From assembly GCA_043816965.1 (NCBI GenBank), contig JBDRHK010000050.1:1-24622 (forward strand): a stretch of 24,622 nt of DNA. Direction: 5' to 3'. Under the pieces are notes generated by a model. The model saw nothing but the letters and a program-made list of their open reading frames with translations, was not told the origin of the DNA and made no database searches. Shown one piece after another: positions 1 to 9,048 of the stretch; position 1 is the first letter of the stretch; every line of letters starts with the position of its first letter. The DNA comes from Candidatus Iainarchaeum sp. (GTDB lineage Archaea > Iainarchaeota > Iainarchaeia > Iainarchaeales > JAFCCJ01). The position numbers were made by a program, and so were the translations under genes.

Positions 1-183
1 ATGGTTCTTCAGCTGAATCCTGGAGTCCACTACGCCTTCTACTCTTTCGCAATAGGTGCCCTGCTTTATATTGTTGTAAGGGATATGCTCCCTCAAAAAG
101 GGGAGGGAAAGCTTGCGTTTTTTATAATAGGCCTTCTCATCAGTGCAGTGCTTATTTTTGGCATCAATGGTTTGCCGCTGTGA
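1..183 (+). CDS. C-terminal fragment of a ZIP-family-like metal transporter membrane protein (5' truncated by window)
   Basis: Two hydrophobic helices; FAIGALLYIVVRDMLP resembles the ZIP TM7 motif (GAxLYxxxxExxP). Confidence 0.55.
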   Translation: MVLQLNPGVHYAFYSFAIGALLYIVVRDMLPQKGEGKLAFFIIGLLISAVLIFGINGLPL

Positions 184-259
184 ATCCTGCAGTGATTCTT
201 ACAGCGATTCCTGCATAAAGAATTAAATTCCTTTCCCAACCATAAGGTTCTGTGGTTAT

Positions 260-931
260 ATGGAATTGCCGGTTCTTTTTCTGAATTTCAAAACATATGA
301 GAATGGAACAGGCAAAAAGGCGTTGGCTCTTGGGAAAATTGCCGAGGCGATTGCAAAGGAAACAGGCACATCAATAGCGCTGGTTGTGCAGGCCGCAGAT
401 ATCAGGATGCTTGCTGAAGCAGTCGATCTCCCGATTTTTGCCCAGCACATAGACCCTGTGTCTTATGGCTCAAACACAGGAAAAATTCTCCCTGAAACAG
501 TTAAGGAGGCTGGCGCAATTGGAACAGTAATAAACCACGCCGAAAACAAGCAGGACAACGAATTTGTGGAATCCGCAGTAAGAAGGGCAAAAGAGGCAGG
601 ACTAATTGTCATGGTTTGCGCTGAAACAACTCAAAGGGCAAAAGAGGTTGCGGCATTTTTCCCTGAATTCATTGCAGTTGAGCCCCCTGAACTTATTGGC
701 GGGGACATCTCGGTCTCAACCGCAAAACCGGAAATAATTTCAGATTCTGTAAATGCAGTTAAAGAAATCAATTCAGAAATCAATTTGATAACTGGTGCTG
801 GAGTAAATTCAACCGCAGACGTCCAAAAAAGCACTGATCTTGGTGCCAAGGGAGTTTTTGTTGCGTCTAAAGTCCTTAAATCTGAGGACCCAAAAAAAGC
901 CATAATGGAATTGGTTGCCGGCCTTGGGTGA
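260..931 (+). CDS. tpiA: Triosephosphate isomerase, archaeal type
   Basis: NFKTY, AQHID, INHAE, AVEPPELIG and GAGV motifs; 223 aa, typical short archaeal TIM. Confidence 0.97.
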   Translation: MELPVLFLNFKTYENGTGKKALALGKIAEAIAKETGTSIALVVQAADIRMLAEAVDLPIFAQHIDPVSYGSNTGKILPETVKEAGAIGTVINHAENKQDNEFVESAVRRAKEAGLIVMVCAETTQRAKEVAAFFPEFIAVEPPELIGGDISVSTAKPEIISDSVNAVKEINSEINLITGAGVNSTADVQKSTDLGAKGVFVASKVLKSEDPKKAIMELVAGLG

Positions 932-935
932 TTAG

Positions 936-1577
936 TTGTCAAAATTCAAAAGGCCGAAAACAGAAGAGGAAAAACCGCTTAAGATTTGGAATTATATTCC
1001 TTTGGCAGTAATAGTTGTAATCATTGCGGCAATATACATTACCTTCACCACGCCAAAATTTGTTGACCTAACCCCATACATTGAAAACGAACCAACTTTA
1101 GGCCCCCAAGATGCAAAAGTAACAATTGTTGAATTCTCTGACTTTGAATGCCCGTTTTGTGCAGATGCAGCCGCAACTGTAAGGCAGGTTGTTAATGAAT
1201 ATGATGGGAAGGTGAAACTGGTTTACAAGAATTTTCCAATAGTATCAATCCATCCCAATTCAATGGCTGCTGCCGAGGCCTCTGAATGTGCCTATGACCA
1301 GGGCAAATTCTGGGAATACCATAACAAGCTCTTTGAGAACCAGGAAAATCTGGGGGTTGCCAGCCTGAGGCAGTATGCCGCAGATATAGGCATGAATGAG
1401 GGGCAGTTTGTAGATTGTTTGGGTTCAGGAAGCAAGAATTCTGAGGTTAATGAGGACCTTTCCCATGGCAAGATTGTGGGAATTAGCGGTACCCCGGCGT
1501 TTTTCATAAATGGCAAAAAAATGCCTAATAGTTCAATCAACACCTTTCGTTCAATGATTAACCAGGAATTGGGCTAA
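936..1577 (+). CDS. Membrane-anchored DsbA/BdbD-like thioredoxin-fold protein (paralog 1)
   Basis: N-terminal TM helix; EFSDFECPFC active site; SGTPAF cis-Pro loop; TTG start 4 nt after GGTGA, whose TGA is the tpiA stop. Confidence 0.92.
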   Translation: MSKFKRPKTEEEKPLKIWNYIPLAVIVVIIAAIYITFTTPKFVDLTPYIENEPTLGPQDAKVTIVEFSDFECPFCADAAATVRQVVNEYDGKVKLVYKNFPIVSIHPNSMAAAEASECAYDQGKFWEYHNKLFENQENLGVASLRQYAADIGMNEGQFVDCLGSGSKNSEVNEDLSHGKIVGISGTPAFFINGKKMPNSSINTFRSMINQELG

Positions 1578-1720
1578 ATTAACCAATTAACGTTATATAG
1601 TAATCCTTATATATTACCTCGACACCTAATTAATAAGCCGAAATACGTTCAAAATCATAGGCTTTTTAAATATTTTATTAAAGGAATAGATAAAGATTAA
1701 TTTCTGGAGGGGAAATCAAA

Positions 1721-2485
1721 GTGAGTGATGAAAAAGGAACAGTTGGTGAAAATAACCTGCTTCCAATAAGCATTGTAATTGCTTCGCTTATTGTGGCAGG
1801 AACAGTTTTTATGGTCGGAGGCAATTTATCCGGCCAGATAACAGGTTTAACAGTTGCAATAGATTCTATTGAAGTTACAGGTGGAGGTGGCACAGGAGCA
1901 ATTGTTGTTCCGCCTCTAGATAATGGTGGTGATAATGGCAATGACACCCCGCCAGCCCCGCCCGCAGCAGATGTAGGGAACCTTGCAGATGATGATGATG
2001 CCGTAAGAGGCCCGGAAGATGCGAAGATAACAATAGTTGAATTCTCTGATTTTGAATGCCCGTTTTGCGGAAGGGCAATCCCTACCGTTGAACAGGTAAT
2101 GGAAGAATATGAGGGAGACGTAAAATTAATTTTCAAGGACTTCCCGCTCAGCTTCCACCAGAATGCCCAGAAGGCTGCAGAGGCTGCCGAATGTGCAGGT
2201 GAGCAGGACAAGTTTTGGGAAATGCACGACCTTTTGTTCGACAACCAGACTGCATTGGCAATTTCTGACCTGAAGCAGTATGCGGTTGATTTGGGCCTGG
2301 ATACTGGCGCTTTCAACTCCTGCCTCGATAACGGCGACATGGCTGCAGAAGTAAGTGCAGATTTCGCGGCAGGCCAGGCAGCAGGGGTAAGCGGAACACC
2401 GACATTCTTTATCAACGGACAGAAGATTGTTGGCGCCCAGCCATTCTCTGCATTTAAAGCGATAATTGATGCAGAACTTTCATAA
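1721..2485 (+). CDS. Membrane-anchored DsbA/BdbD-like thioredoxin-fold protein (paralog 2) with Gly/Pro/Asp-rich linker
   Basis: TM helix, low-complexity linker, EFSDFECPFC, SGTPTFFING, GAQP; GGAGG upstream of GTG. Confidence 0.93.
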   Translation: MSDEKGTVGENNLLPISIVIASLIVAGTVFMVGGNLSGQITGLTVAIDSIEVTGGGGTGAIVVPPLDNGGDNGNDTPPAPPAADVGNLADDDDAVRGPEDAKITIVEFSDFECPFCGRAIPTVEQVMEEYEGDVKLIFKDFPLSFHQNAQKAAEAAECAGEQDKFWEMHDLLFDNQTALAISDLKQYAVDLGLDTGAFNSCLDNGDMAAEVSADFAAGQAAGVSGTPTFFINGQKIVGAQPFSAFKAIIDAELS

Positions 2486-2503
2486 TTGAAAGGTCATAAG
2501 TGA

Positions 2504-2537
2504 AAAGGGCTATTGCCCTTTCCTCTTTCTTTTTTTA
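2504..2537 (+). terminator. Hairpin plus T-tract terminator after the dsbA pair
   Basis: AAAGGGC-tatt-GCCCTTT followed by a pyrimidine/T-rich run. Confidence 0.6.
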
Positions 2538-2600
2538 TCTTTTATCGTCATCATTAATATTATATATTTATCATACTCAATTCTCTGTGAGGTGAAGCAA

Positions 2601-2834
2601 TTGAGCGTAACAGTTTATTCAACACCAACATGCCCCTATTGCGTGATGGCAAAGGAATTCCTGAAGGAGAACAATATTGAATTTCAGGACATAGATGTCT
2701 CTGGGAACCATGAGAATCTCCATGAGATGGTCGATAAGTCAGGCCAGCAGGGAGTCCCAGTTCTTGATATAAATGGCAAGATAATTATAGGGTTTGACAA
2801 GGAAGCCATTAAGGAAGCCCTTGATCTTAAATGA
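2601..2834 (+). CDS. Glutaredoxin-like protein, NrdH/YruB family
   Basis: VYSTPTCPYC, GVPV and IIGFD motifs. Start placed at TTG 2601, 5 nt after GAGGTGA (track start 2592 lies inside the SD). Confidence 0.92.
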   Translation: MSVTVYSTPTCPYCVMAKEFLKENNIEFQDIDVSGNHENLHEMVDKSGQQGVPVLDINGKIIIGFDKEAIKEALDLK

Positions 2835-2850
2835 CTTCAGGATTGATTCT

Positions 2851-3111
2851 ATGGCTGTGATAGTATATACCTTGCCTAATTGCCCGACCTGCAAGCTGGC
2901 AAAGGAATTCCTCAAAGAGAATAATATCGTATTTGAGAGTTATGATGTTATCGAGGACAAGGAAAAGGCAAGGGAAATGGTGGAGAAAAGAAGGTCGGTA
3001 AGAACCGAGGATGACAGGGATGTCCATTTTCCGGTTATTGATGCAAATGGGAAAATTCTCAATGGCTTCTCGGCAGAGGAACTGCGGGATGCCCTTGGAA
3101 TGAACAAATGA
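2851..3111 (+). CDS. Glutaredoxin-like protein (CPTC), paralog of the upstream gene
   Basis: VYTLPNCPTC, FPVI, NGFS; shares AKEFLKENNI with the upstream paralog; start placed at ATG 2851. Confidence 0.88.
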   Translation: MAVIVYTLPNCPTCKLAKEFLKENNIVFESYDVIEDKEKAREMVEKRRSVRTEDDRDVHFPVIDANGKILNGFSAEELRDALGMNK

Positions 3112-3129
3112 CGTTAAGGATTTGATGCA

Positions 3130-4293
3130 GTGCCGGATGTATATGAGGAATCAGTCGCATTACACAGGAAGCATAAGGGGAAGATTGAAACAGTTTCAAA
3201 GGTTCCGATAAAAACAATGGAAGACCTCTCCCTCTGCTACACGCCTGGTGTTGCCCAACCCTGCAGGCTTATTGCAGAAAGGCCTGACGAGGTATTTTCC
3301 CTAACAATGAAATCCAATATGGTTGCTGTTGTGAGTGATGGTTCTGCTGTTCTTGGGCTTGGGAACATTGGCCCTGAGGCGGCACTCCCTGTTATGGAGG
3401 GAAAGGCGGCATTGTTCAAGGAATTTGGAGCTGTTGATGCATTCCCCATCTGCCTGAATACGCAGGACCCTGATGAAATAGTTGATGTGGTGAGGAAAAT
3501 TTCGCCAGTTTTTGCAGGAATAAACCTTGAGGATATTTCAGCCCCCAGATGCTTTGAGGTGGAATCCAAACTCATGGATTTGGGAATACCTGTTTTTCAC
3601 GATGACCAGCATGGGACTGCCATAGTGGTTCTTGCAGCAATAATTAATGCCTCAAAAGTCACAGGGAAGGAGATTCCTAAAATGAGGGTTGTGATAAATG
3701 GCGCAGGCGCTGCGGGAACAGCGGTTGCGGAGGCTTTGCTTAATTACGGGGTTAAAGATATCGTGGTATGCGACAGCAAGGGAATAATTTCAAAAGGCAG
3801 GGCGGATTTGAATCCGTATAAAAAAGAACTTGCCGAAAAAACAAATACCTCTAATTTAACAGGGGATCTTTCTGTTGCGGTAAAGGGCAGGGATGTTTTC
3901 ATCGGTGTTTCAGTTGCAGGGGCATTGAAGAAGGAAATGGTGCAAACAATGAACAAGGGCCCAATTATTTTTGCCATGGCAAATCCAACCCCTGAAATAA
4001 TGCCTGCTGAGGCAAAGGCTGCCGGTGCGGCAGTCATAGGTACGGGGAGAAGTGATTTCCCAAACCAGATAAACAATGTTCTCGCATTCCCGGGCATTTT
4101 TCGTGGCGCAATAGATGCAAAGGCAAAAGTGATTAATGTTGAGATGAAGCTTGCCGCGGCAAAGGCCCTTGCTTCATATGTGAAAGAGCCAAATCCAGAG
4201 ATGATTCTTCCAGCCCCCCTTGACAGGGGAGTGGCTAATGCAATCGCAAAGGCGGTTGCAGACGCAGCCAAAAAAACAGGCGTTACAAGATAA
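3130..4293 (+). CDS. NAD(P)-dependent malic enzyme (small prokaryotic type)
   Basis: YTPGVA, VMEGKA, FHDDQHGT, GAGAAG, AMANP and TGRSDFPNQINN motifs. Confidence 0.96.
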   Translation: MPDVYEESVALHRKHKGKIETVSKVPIKTMEDLSLCYTPGVAQPCRLIAERPDEVFSLTMKSNMVAVVSDGSAVLGLGNIGPEAALPVMEGKAALFKEFGAVDAFPICLNTQDPDEIVDVVRKISPVFAGINLEDISAPRCFEVESKLMDLGIPVFHDDQHGTAIVVLAAIINASKVTGKEIPKMRVVINGAGAAGTAVAEALLNYGVKDIVVCDSKGIISKGRADLNPYKKELAEKTNTSNLTGDLSVAVKGRDVFIGVSVAGALKKEMVQTMNKGPIIFAMANPTPEIMPAEAKAAGAAVIGTGRSDFPNQINNVLAFPGIFRGAIDAKAKVINVEMKLAAAKALASYVKEPNPEMILPAPLDRGVANAIAKAVADAAKKTGVTR

Positions 4294-4339
4294 TGGCAAG
4301 ATTTAAATGGATTGAATTGGTATTTATTTTGGTGATTTG

Positions 4340-4534
4340 ATGGCTTTTGAAATAACGCACGAAAGGGGCAAGTGCATTGGCTGCGGTACCTGTGTTGCAA
4401 TATGCCCTGATAACTGGGAGATGAAAGAGGACGGAAAATCCTCCCCAAAACAGGCATTGCTTGAGGAATCTGGCTGCAACAGTGATGCAGAAGAAAACTG
4501 CCCGGTAAAAATAATACATGTAAAAGAAGTGTGA
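4340..4534 (+). CDS. Single-cluster ferredoxin
   Basis: CIGCGTCVAICP plus distal AEENCP; ATG 4 nt after GGTGA. Confidence 0.92.
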   Translation: MAFEITHERGKCIGCGTCVAICPDNWEMKEDGKSSPKQALLEESGCNSDAEENCPVKIIHVKEV

Positions 4535-4571
4535 AGCCATTTCCCCATGCCAGTTAAATAAAATACAGGCC

Positions 4572-4604
4572 TTACTTCGGTGGCCCGCCGCAACATCCTC
4601 CCAT
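4572..4604 (-). CDS. Putative 10-aa Cys/Gly micro-peptide MGGCCGGPPK
   Basis: Minus strand reads AGGAGGTGA-TGCG-ATG GGA GGA TGT TGC GGC GGG CCA CCG AAG TAA, immediately after the lrpA stop. Confidence 0.5.
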   Translation of the reverse strand: MGGCCGGPPK

Positions 4605-4619
4605 CGCATCACCTCCTTT

Positions 4620-5054
4620 TTATTTTAGGGTATGTGAAATTATTGCAGGGCAAACCCTTGTTACCCCGCCCATATTTGAAACCTTATTTTCAATGAAGTC
4701 TGTAAGTGTGCTGTTATCCTTTATCCAAATCTCAGCCATAATCATATGGTCGCCGGTTGAGGTTGAAAGGGATTTAATCTCATCAAATTCCGCAATCTTT
4801 TTCGCAACCTCGAGGAATTTATCTGGCGCGGTGTCCAGCCCAACCAATGCAACCGTGTTAAAGCCAAGCTTTTTGGGGTCAAGGACAACACTATAGCCCT
4901 TGATAATTCCCTCCTTCTCCAGCTCGCCAACCCTTTTCCTTACAGTTGATTCGCTGACCTTTATGGCCTTTGCTATTGCGGTAAAGGCAACCCTCGCATT
5001 CTTCTCCAGCATATCGATTATTTGGAGGTCCCTGTCATCAAGGATATAATTCAT
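4620..5054 (-). CDS. lrpA: Lrp/AsnC-family transcriptional regulator, LrpA type
   Basis: HTH (SESTVRKRV); GDHMIMAEIW and VCPAII match Pyrococcus LrpA signatures as recalled. Confidence 0.9.
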   Translation of the reverse strand: MNYILDDRDLQIIDMLEKNARVAFTAIAKAIKVSESTVRKRVGELEKEGIIKGYSVVLDPKKLGFNTVALVGLDTAPDKFLEVAKKIAEFDEIKSLSTSTGDHMIMAEIWIKDNSTLTDFIENKVSNMGGVTRVCPAIISHTLK

Positions 5055-5075
5055 AAGAATAATAATTTGCGAAGA

Positions 5076-5122
5076 ATATATAAATTTATCACTAATTTCG
5101 TACTTTTTTAACCTAATTTCGT
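5076..5122 (-). promoter_or_regulatory. lrpA TATA box (leaderless) with upstream direct repeat
   Basis: TTTATATAT on the minus strand at 5084-5076, about 22 nt before the ATG; CTAATTTCGT repeated at 5092-5101 and 5113-5122. Confidence 0.5.
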
Positions 5123-5168
5123 TAAGAATTTAAATATTATCAAACACAGATGTTTTATAGTGGTTTAA

Positions 5169-5783
5169 ATGGCAAAAAATGACCGTTCCTTGCTCAGGCA
5201 GAATTACCGTCAGAGTAAGGGTGAAATCAGGAAAAGGCTGGAGGAATTTTCAAAGATAACAGGCAGCGGCATTTTCTACGAGCTTTGTTTCTGCCTTCTC
5301 ACGCCGCAGTCGAATGCAAAGAGCTGTGATGCTGCAGTAAAGAGGCTAATGAAGCAGGGGTTTTTTGGAAAGGAACTTGACCCCAAAGAATATGTTAAGC
5401 CAATAAGGTTCTACAACAACAAAACATCATATCTTATTCACACAAAAAACAATTATCCGGAAATAAAGTTTAGGATTGATTCACTTAAAACTTCATCCGA
5501 ACTCAGGGAATGGCTTGTTAAAAATGTTAAGGGATTTGGCTACAAGGAGGCAAGCCACTTTCTCCGCAATACAGGCCACAGAAATCTTGCAATTTTGGAC
5601 AGGCACATAATGAAAAACCTTTTAGGCTTTGGTGTTATAGACGAGATTCCGAAATCACTCACCGCAAAAAAATACCTGGAAATTGAGAAAAAGTTTAGGA
5701 AATTTTCAGGGCGCATTAAAATCCCGATGGATGAACTGGATTTGCTTTTCTGGAGCATGGAAACAGGGGAGATTTTCAAATGA
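5169..5783 (+). CDS. ogg: 8-oxoguanine DNA glycosylase/AP lyase (Ogg2 family)
   Basis: ELCFCLLTPQ, HhH VKGFGYKEASHFLRN, AILDRH and a terminal Lys (GEIFK), typical of Ogg2. Confidence 0.93.
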   Translation: MAKNDRSLLRQNYRQSKGEIRKRLEEFSKITGSGIFYELCFCLLTPQSNAKSCDAAVKRLMKQGFFGKELDPKEYVKPIRFYNNKTSYLIHTKNNYPEIKFRIDSLKTSSELREWLVKNVKGFGYKEASHFLRNTGHRNLAILDRHIMKNLLGFGVIDEIPKSLTAKKYLEIEKKFRKFSGRIKIPMDELDLLFWSMETGEIFK

Positions 5784-6436
5784 GGGATAAAAAAGAGATA
5801 TCTGCCATAGTAGGTGGAATCAAAAAATTTCTTGGCAAAACCAAGCCAATAATCTCCCATCAAGCCTCGTTCAAGGTCCTGATTGCAACAGCCCTCAGCG
5901 CAAGGACAAGGGATGCAAACACAGCAAAGGCGGCAAAAAACCTATTTTCGAAATACAATACTCCGAAAAAGCTTGCCGCAGCAGAGATTAAAGACATTGA
6001 AAAACTAATAAAGGCTAGTGGCTTCTACAAGATAAAGGCCAGGAGAATAAAGGAAATCAGCAGGGTTTTGCTTGAGGATTTTGGCGGAAAGGTTCCGAAT
6101 GAAATTGATGCTCTGGTTTCACTTCCAGGAGTAGGGAGAAAAACCGCAAATTGTGTTCTGTGCTATGCATTCAATATTCCAGCAATAGCAGTGGACACCC
6201 ATGTTCACCGAATTTCCAATCGTTTGGGTTTGGTTAAAACAAAAAATCCTGAGGAAACAGAGGAATCCCTCTCAAAAACACTGCCTAAAAAATACTGGCT
6301 TGCCATCAATGAATTAATGGTTAAGTTTGGCCAAAGGATGTGCCTGCCCCGTTCCCCAAAATGCGGGGAATGCCCTATTAATTCTTATTGTGATTATTAT
6401 GAAAATATTTATTTGCCAGGAAAAAGAGGGGCCTGA
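5780..6436 (+). CDS. nth: Endonuclease III
   Basis: LPGVGRKTAN HhH, VDTHVHR, and a C-x6-C-x2-C-x5-C [4Fe-4S] loop; ATGA overlap with ogg. Confidence 0.96.
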   Translation: MRDKKEISAIVGGIKKFLGKTKPIISHQASFKVLIATALSARTRDANTAKAAKNLFSKYNTPKKLAAAEIKDIEKLIKASGFYKIKARRIKEISRVLLEDFGGKVPNEIDALVSLPGVGRKTANCVLCYAFNIPAIAVDTHVHRISNRLGLVKTKNPEETEESLSKTLPKKYWLAINELMVKFGQRMCLPRSPKCGECPINSYCDYYENIYLPGKRGA

Positions 6437-6672
6437 TGATTGAGCTATACCAATTGGAGGAATGCGGTTACTGCAAAAGGGTAAGGGCAAAGCTCACAGA
6501 GATTGGGATTGAATACATAATTCGCAATGTTTCTGGTGACAAAGAGCGCAGGGATGAAGTTGAGGAAATTTCCGGCCAAAGGCTTGTGCCTGTGCTGGTT
6601 GACAAGGAAAGGGGCCTGGTGCTTCCTGATTCTGAAAAAATAGTGGAATATCTGGAAAAGAATTACGGGTAA
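6436..6672 (+). CDS. Glutaredoxin/GST-N-terminal-like protein (CGYC)
   Basis: LYQLEECGYC, SGQRLVPVLVD, DSEKIVEYL; TGATG overlap with nth. Confidence 0.88.
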   Translation: MIELYQLEECGYCKRVRAKLTEIGIEYIIRNVSGDKERRDEVEEISGQRLVPVLVDKERGLVLPDSEKIVEYLEKNYG

Positions 6673-6676
6673 AAAA

Positions 6677-7600
6677 ATGGAAATAACTATGCCAAAACCC
6701 CTGGAAGAGAGAATGCAGAAATTGCTTGGCGAGGAATTTCCACAGTTTATTGAAGCAATTAAGCAGAAACCGGCAAGAGCCATAAGGCACAACCCCCTTA
6801 AATGCAGCAAGGGTGAAATGCTGAAGCAGCTATCCTCTGAAGGGATTGAAGCAAGCCGATTTTTGCCGATAAATGGCGCATTTCTTGTGAAAGGAGGGGT
6901 TAGATTCAGCGAACTCGATTCCTATAAAAAGGGATTTTATTTTGTGCAGGACCTTGCCTCAATGCTCCCTCCGATATTCCTTGAATCTTCCCCTGGTGAA
7001 AGGGCACTTGACCTTGCAGCCGCACCAGGTGCAAAGGCAACGCAAATTGCGGCAATGATGGGGAACAAGGGTGTTTTTTTTGCGGTTGAATCAAACAGGA
7101 ACAGGATGAGCTCCCTGAAGTTCAACCTTAAAAAATATGGCGCAACCAATGCACTGGCAGTTCCGGGAACATTCCTTGCCCAAAAATTCCCGGAAAAATT
7201 CGACAAGATTCTTGCAGATGTCCCCTGTTCAGGAGAAGGAATAATTGCAAAGGATAAGGCAGCTCTTAAAATCTGGAGCGAAAAAAGAATCAGGAAAAAT
7301 GCAAAGCTGCAAAAAAAGCTGCTGCTGAAAGGATTCTCCCTTTTAAAAAAAGGCGGGATGCTTGTTTATTCCACATGCACCTATGCCCCTGAGGAAAATG
7401 AGGAAGTTGTCCAGCATCTGGTTGACAAAAATGAAGGAGCAGTAATTGAAAATATTTCATTAAAAGATTTGGATTTCCATAAAGGCATCACAAAATGGGG
7501 AGATAAGGAATTTTCCCAGGAAATGAAAAACTGCGCAAGGATTTATCCTATGGATTTCAATTCAGAGGGCTTTTTCATTGCGAAAATTTCAAAGAAATAA
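6677..7600 (+). CDS. RsmB/NOP2/Sun-family RNA m5C methyltransferase
   Basis: QDLAS, DLAAAPG, DVPCSGEG and YSTCT motifs (both catalytic Cys present). Confidence 0.94.
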   Translation: MEITMPKPLEERMQKLLGEEFPQFIEAIKQKPARAIRHNPLKCSKGEMLKQLSSEGIEASRFLPINGAFLVKGGVRFSELDSYKKGFYFVQDLASMLPPIFLESSPGERALDLAAAPGAKATQIAAMMGNKGVFFAVESNRNRMSSLKFNLKKYGATNALAVPGTFLAQKFPEKFDKILADVPCSGEGIIAKDKAALKIWSEKRIRKNAKLQKKLLLKGFSLLKKGGMLVYSTCTYAPEENEEVVQHLVDKNEGAVIENISLKDLDFHKGITKWGDKEFSQEMKNCARIYPMDFNSEGFFIAKISKK

Positions 7601-8035
7601 TTATTTCGTATTTTTCAGGATTTTTTTGATTTCATCCAGGTCTGTTTGTATGTTTTCAATTTCCCTCTCAGCTTTCCTGTTGACATAGTAATCCCTCTCA
7701 GCTTTTGCCCTGTCCCTGAATGCCTGCCTGTTCTGGCTCATGAGGATTATTGGCGCCTGTATTGCAGCAAGGCAGGAAAGGGCTAAATTGAGCAGGATAA
7801 ATGGGAAAGGGTCAAAGGCATTTTCATTGGTCAGGTAAAAGAAATTTATTGATATCCATACAATTAGGAAAAGGAAAAACAAGCTGATGAAAATCCAGCT
7901 TCCGCCGAACTCGGCAATTGCATCAGCAGCCTTCTGCCCCAATGTCCTTTTATGCCTGTGAAGATGTTCCAAATCAACATAATGGTGCTTTTCATCAGCC
8001 TTTGGTTTCTGGCTCTCCTTTGGTTTCTGGTTCAT
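7601..8035 (-). CDS. DUF1003-family membrane protein
   Basis: GGSWIFI and FDPFPFILLNLALSCLAAIQAPIILMSQNRQ signature. Confidence 0.9.
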   Translation of the reverse strand: MNQKPKESQKPKADEKHHYVDLEHLHRHKRTLGQKAADAIAEFGGSWIFISLFFLFLIVWISINFFYLTNENAFDPFPFILLNLALSCLAAIQAPIILMSQNRQAFRDRAKAERDYYVNRKAEREIENIQTDLDEIKKILKNTK

Positions 8036-8084
8036 AAAATCTATTATATTAAGGCCTGCCCGTATTTAAATATTTCCTCAGGCC

Positions 8085-9035
8085 TTAAATATCCTCTATC
8101 CCATTCTCAGTAACCCGGTATATTGCTTCCCCATCAGGAAGTGACGGTGAATCAACAAGTTTTGCAACCCTTTTGTCCTCCTTGCTTTTCCTCAGATAGA
8201 GCCTGGTTTTGGATGCATGGCCCACAACATTTCCCCCTATTGGGGCTGTAGGGTCGCCAAATAAAATATCCGGCCTTGACATAACCTGATTGGTTACAAG
8301 AACCGCAACATTACTCAGTTCTGCAAGCTTCTGCAATGTTCTCATATGCACATTAAGCTTCTGCTGCCTGTCAGCAAGCTTTCCCCTGCCGATGAATTCT
8401 GACCTGAATTGTGCGGTTAATGAATCGACAATCACCATTTTTATATTTTTTTCCTTCACCATTTCCACAGCTTTTTCCGCCAGCAGCATCTGATGGTCGG
8501 CATTGTAGGCGCGTGCAACAAAAATGTTTTTCAGCACTTCCTCAGGCTTAAGCCCCTGCTTCTTTGCAACCTGTATTATCCTTTCAGGCCTGAAGGAATT
8601 CTCGGAATCAATGTAAAGGACATTCCCCCCCAAACCGCCTTTTTCAACAGGGAGTTGAGTAGTTACCGCAGTCTGGAAGCACCACTGGCTTTTACCTGAA
8701 GCCATCTTCCCGTAAATTTCAGTAATTGACTGGGTTTCAATTCCCCCGCCAATAAGTGTATCAACCTCTTTGGAGCCTGTTGTAATCCTTCCAACGGTTT
8801 TTCTCCTCTCAGCCAGCTTATCGGCAGATTCAAAGCCCATCTCAAGTGCATCCCTTGCAGCTTTTATGGCCTTTTCCCCTGTTCCATCCCCTAAACCGGC
8901 AATCTCCTTTAACTCCATTGGAGATGCTACCGCAACATTCTCAAGGGATTTATACCCTGCAGAAAATAGTTTTTCGGCCGCAGCCGGGCCCACACCAGGC
9001 AGGTCTTTAATTTCAGTAATCTTCTTGGTCCCCAT
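8085..9035 (-). CDS. radA: DNA repair and recombination protein RadA (no intein)
   Basis: N-terminal HhH (LPGVG), Walker A GKMASGKS, FRPER, Walker B IVDS, LADRQQ, VTNQV, GGNVVGH; SD AGGAGGAG. Confidence 0.97.
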   Translation of the reverse strand: MGTKKITEIKDLPGVGPAAAEKLFSAGYKSLENVAVASPMELKEIAGLGDGTGEKAIKAARDALEMGFESADKLAERRKTVGRITTGSKEVDTLIGGGIETQSITEIYGKMASGKSQWCFQTAVTTQLPVEKGGLGGNVLYIDSENSFRPERIIQVAKKQGLKPEEVLKNIFVARAYNADHQMLLAEKAVEMVKEKNIKMVIVDSLTAQFRSEFIGRGKLADRQQKLNVHMRTLQKLAELSNVAVLVTNQVMSRPDILFGDPTAPIGGNVVGHASKTRLYLRKSKEDKRVAKLVDSPSLPDGEAIYRVTENGIEDI

Positions 9036-9048
9036 ATTATCTCCTCCT

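Noticed and set aside
1678..2415. Long antisense ORFs (this one, also 3744-4457, 18041-18640, 19849-20538 and others)
   Set aside because: Shadows of well-supported genes on the opposite strand, with no motifs.
4283..4612. 109-aa minus-strand ORF after lrpA
   Set aside because: Its GTG start lies inside the SD and it runs antisense through the ferredoxin gene; the 10-aa ORF has the correct SD spacing.
8085..9035. Variant RadA Walker A (GKMASGKS) and possible intein
   Set aside because: Still fits GxxxxGKS; length is normal with no insertion.
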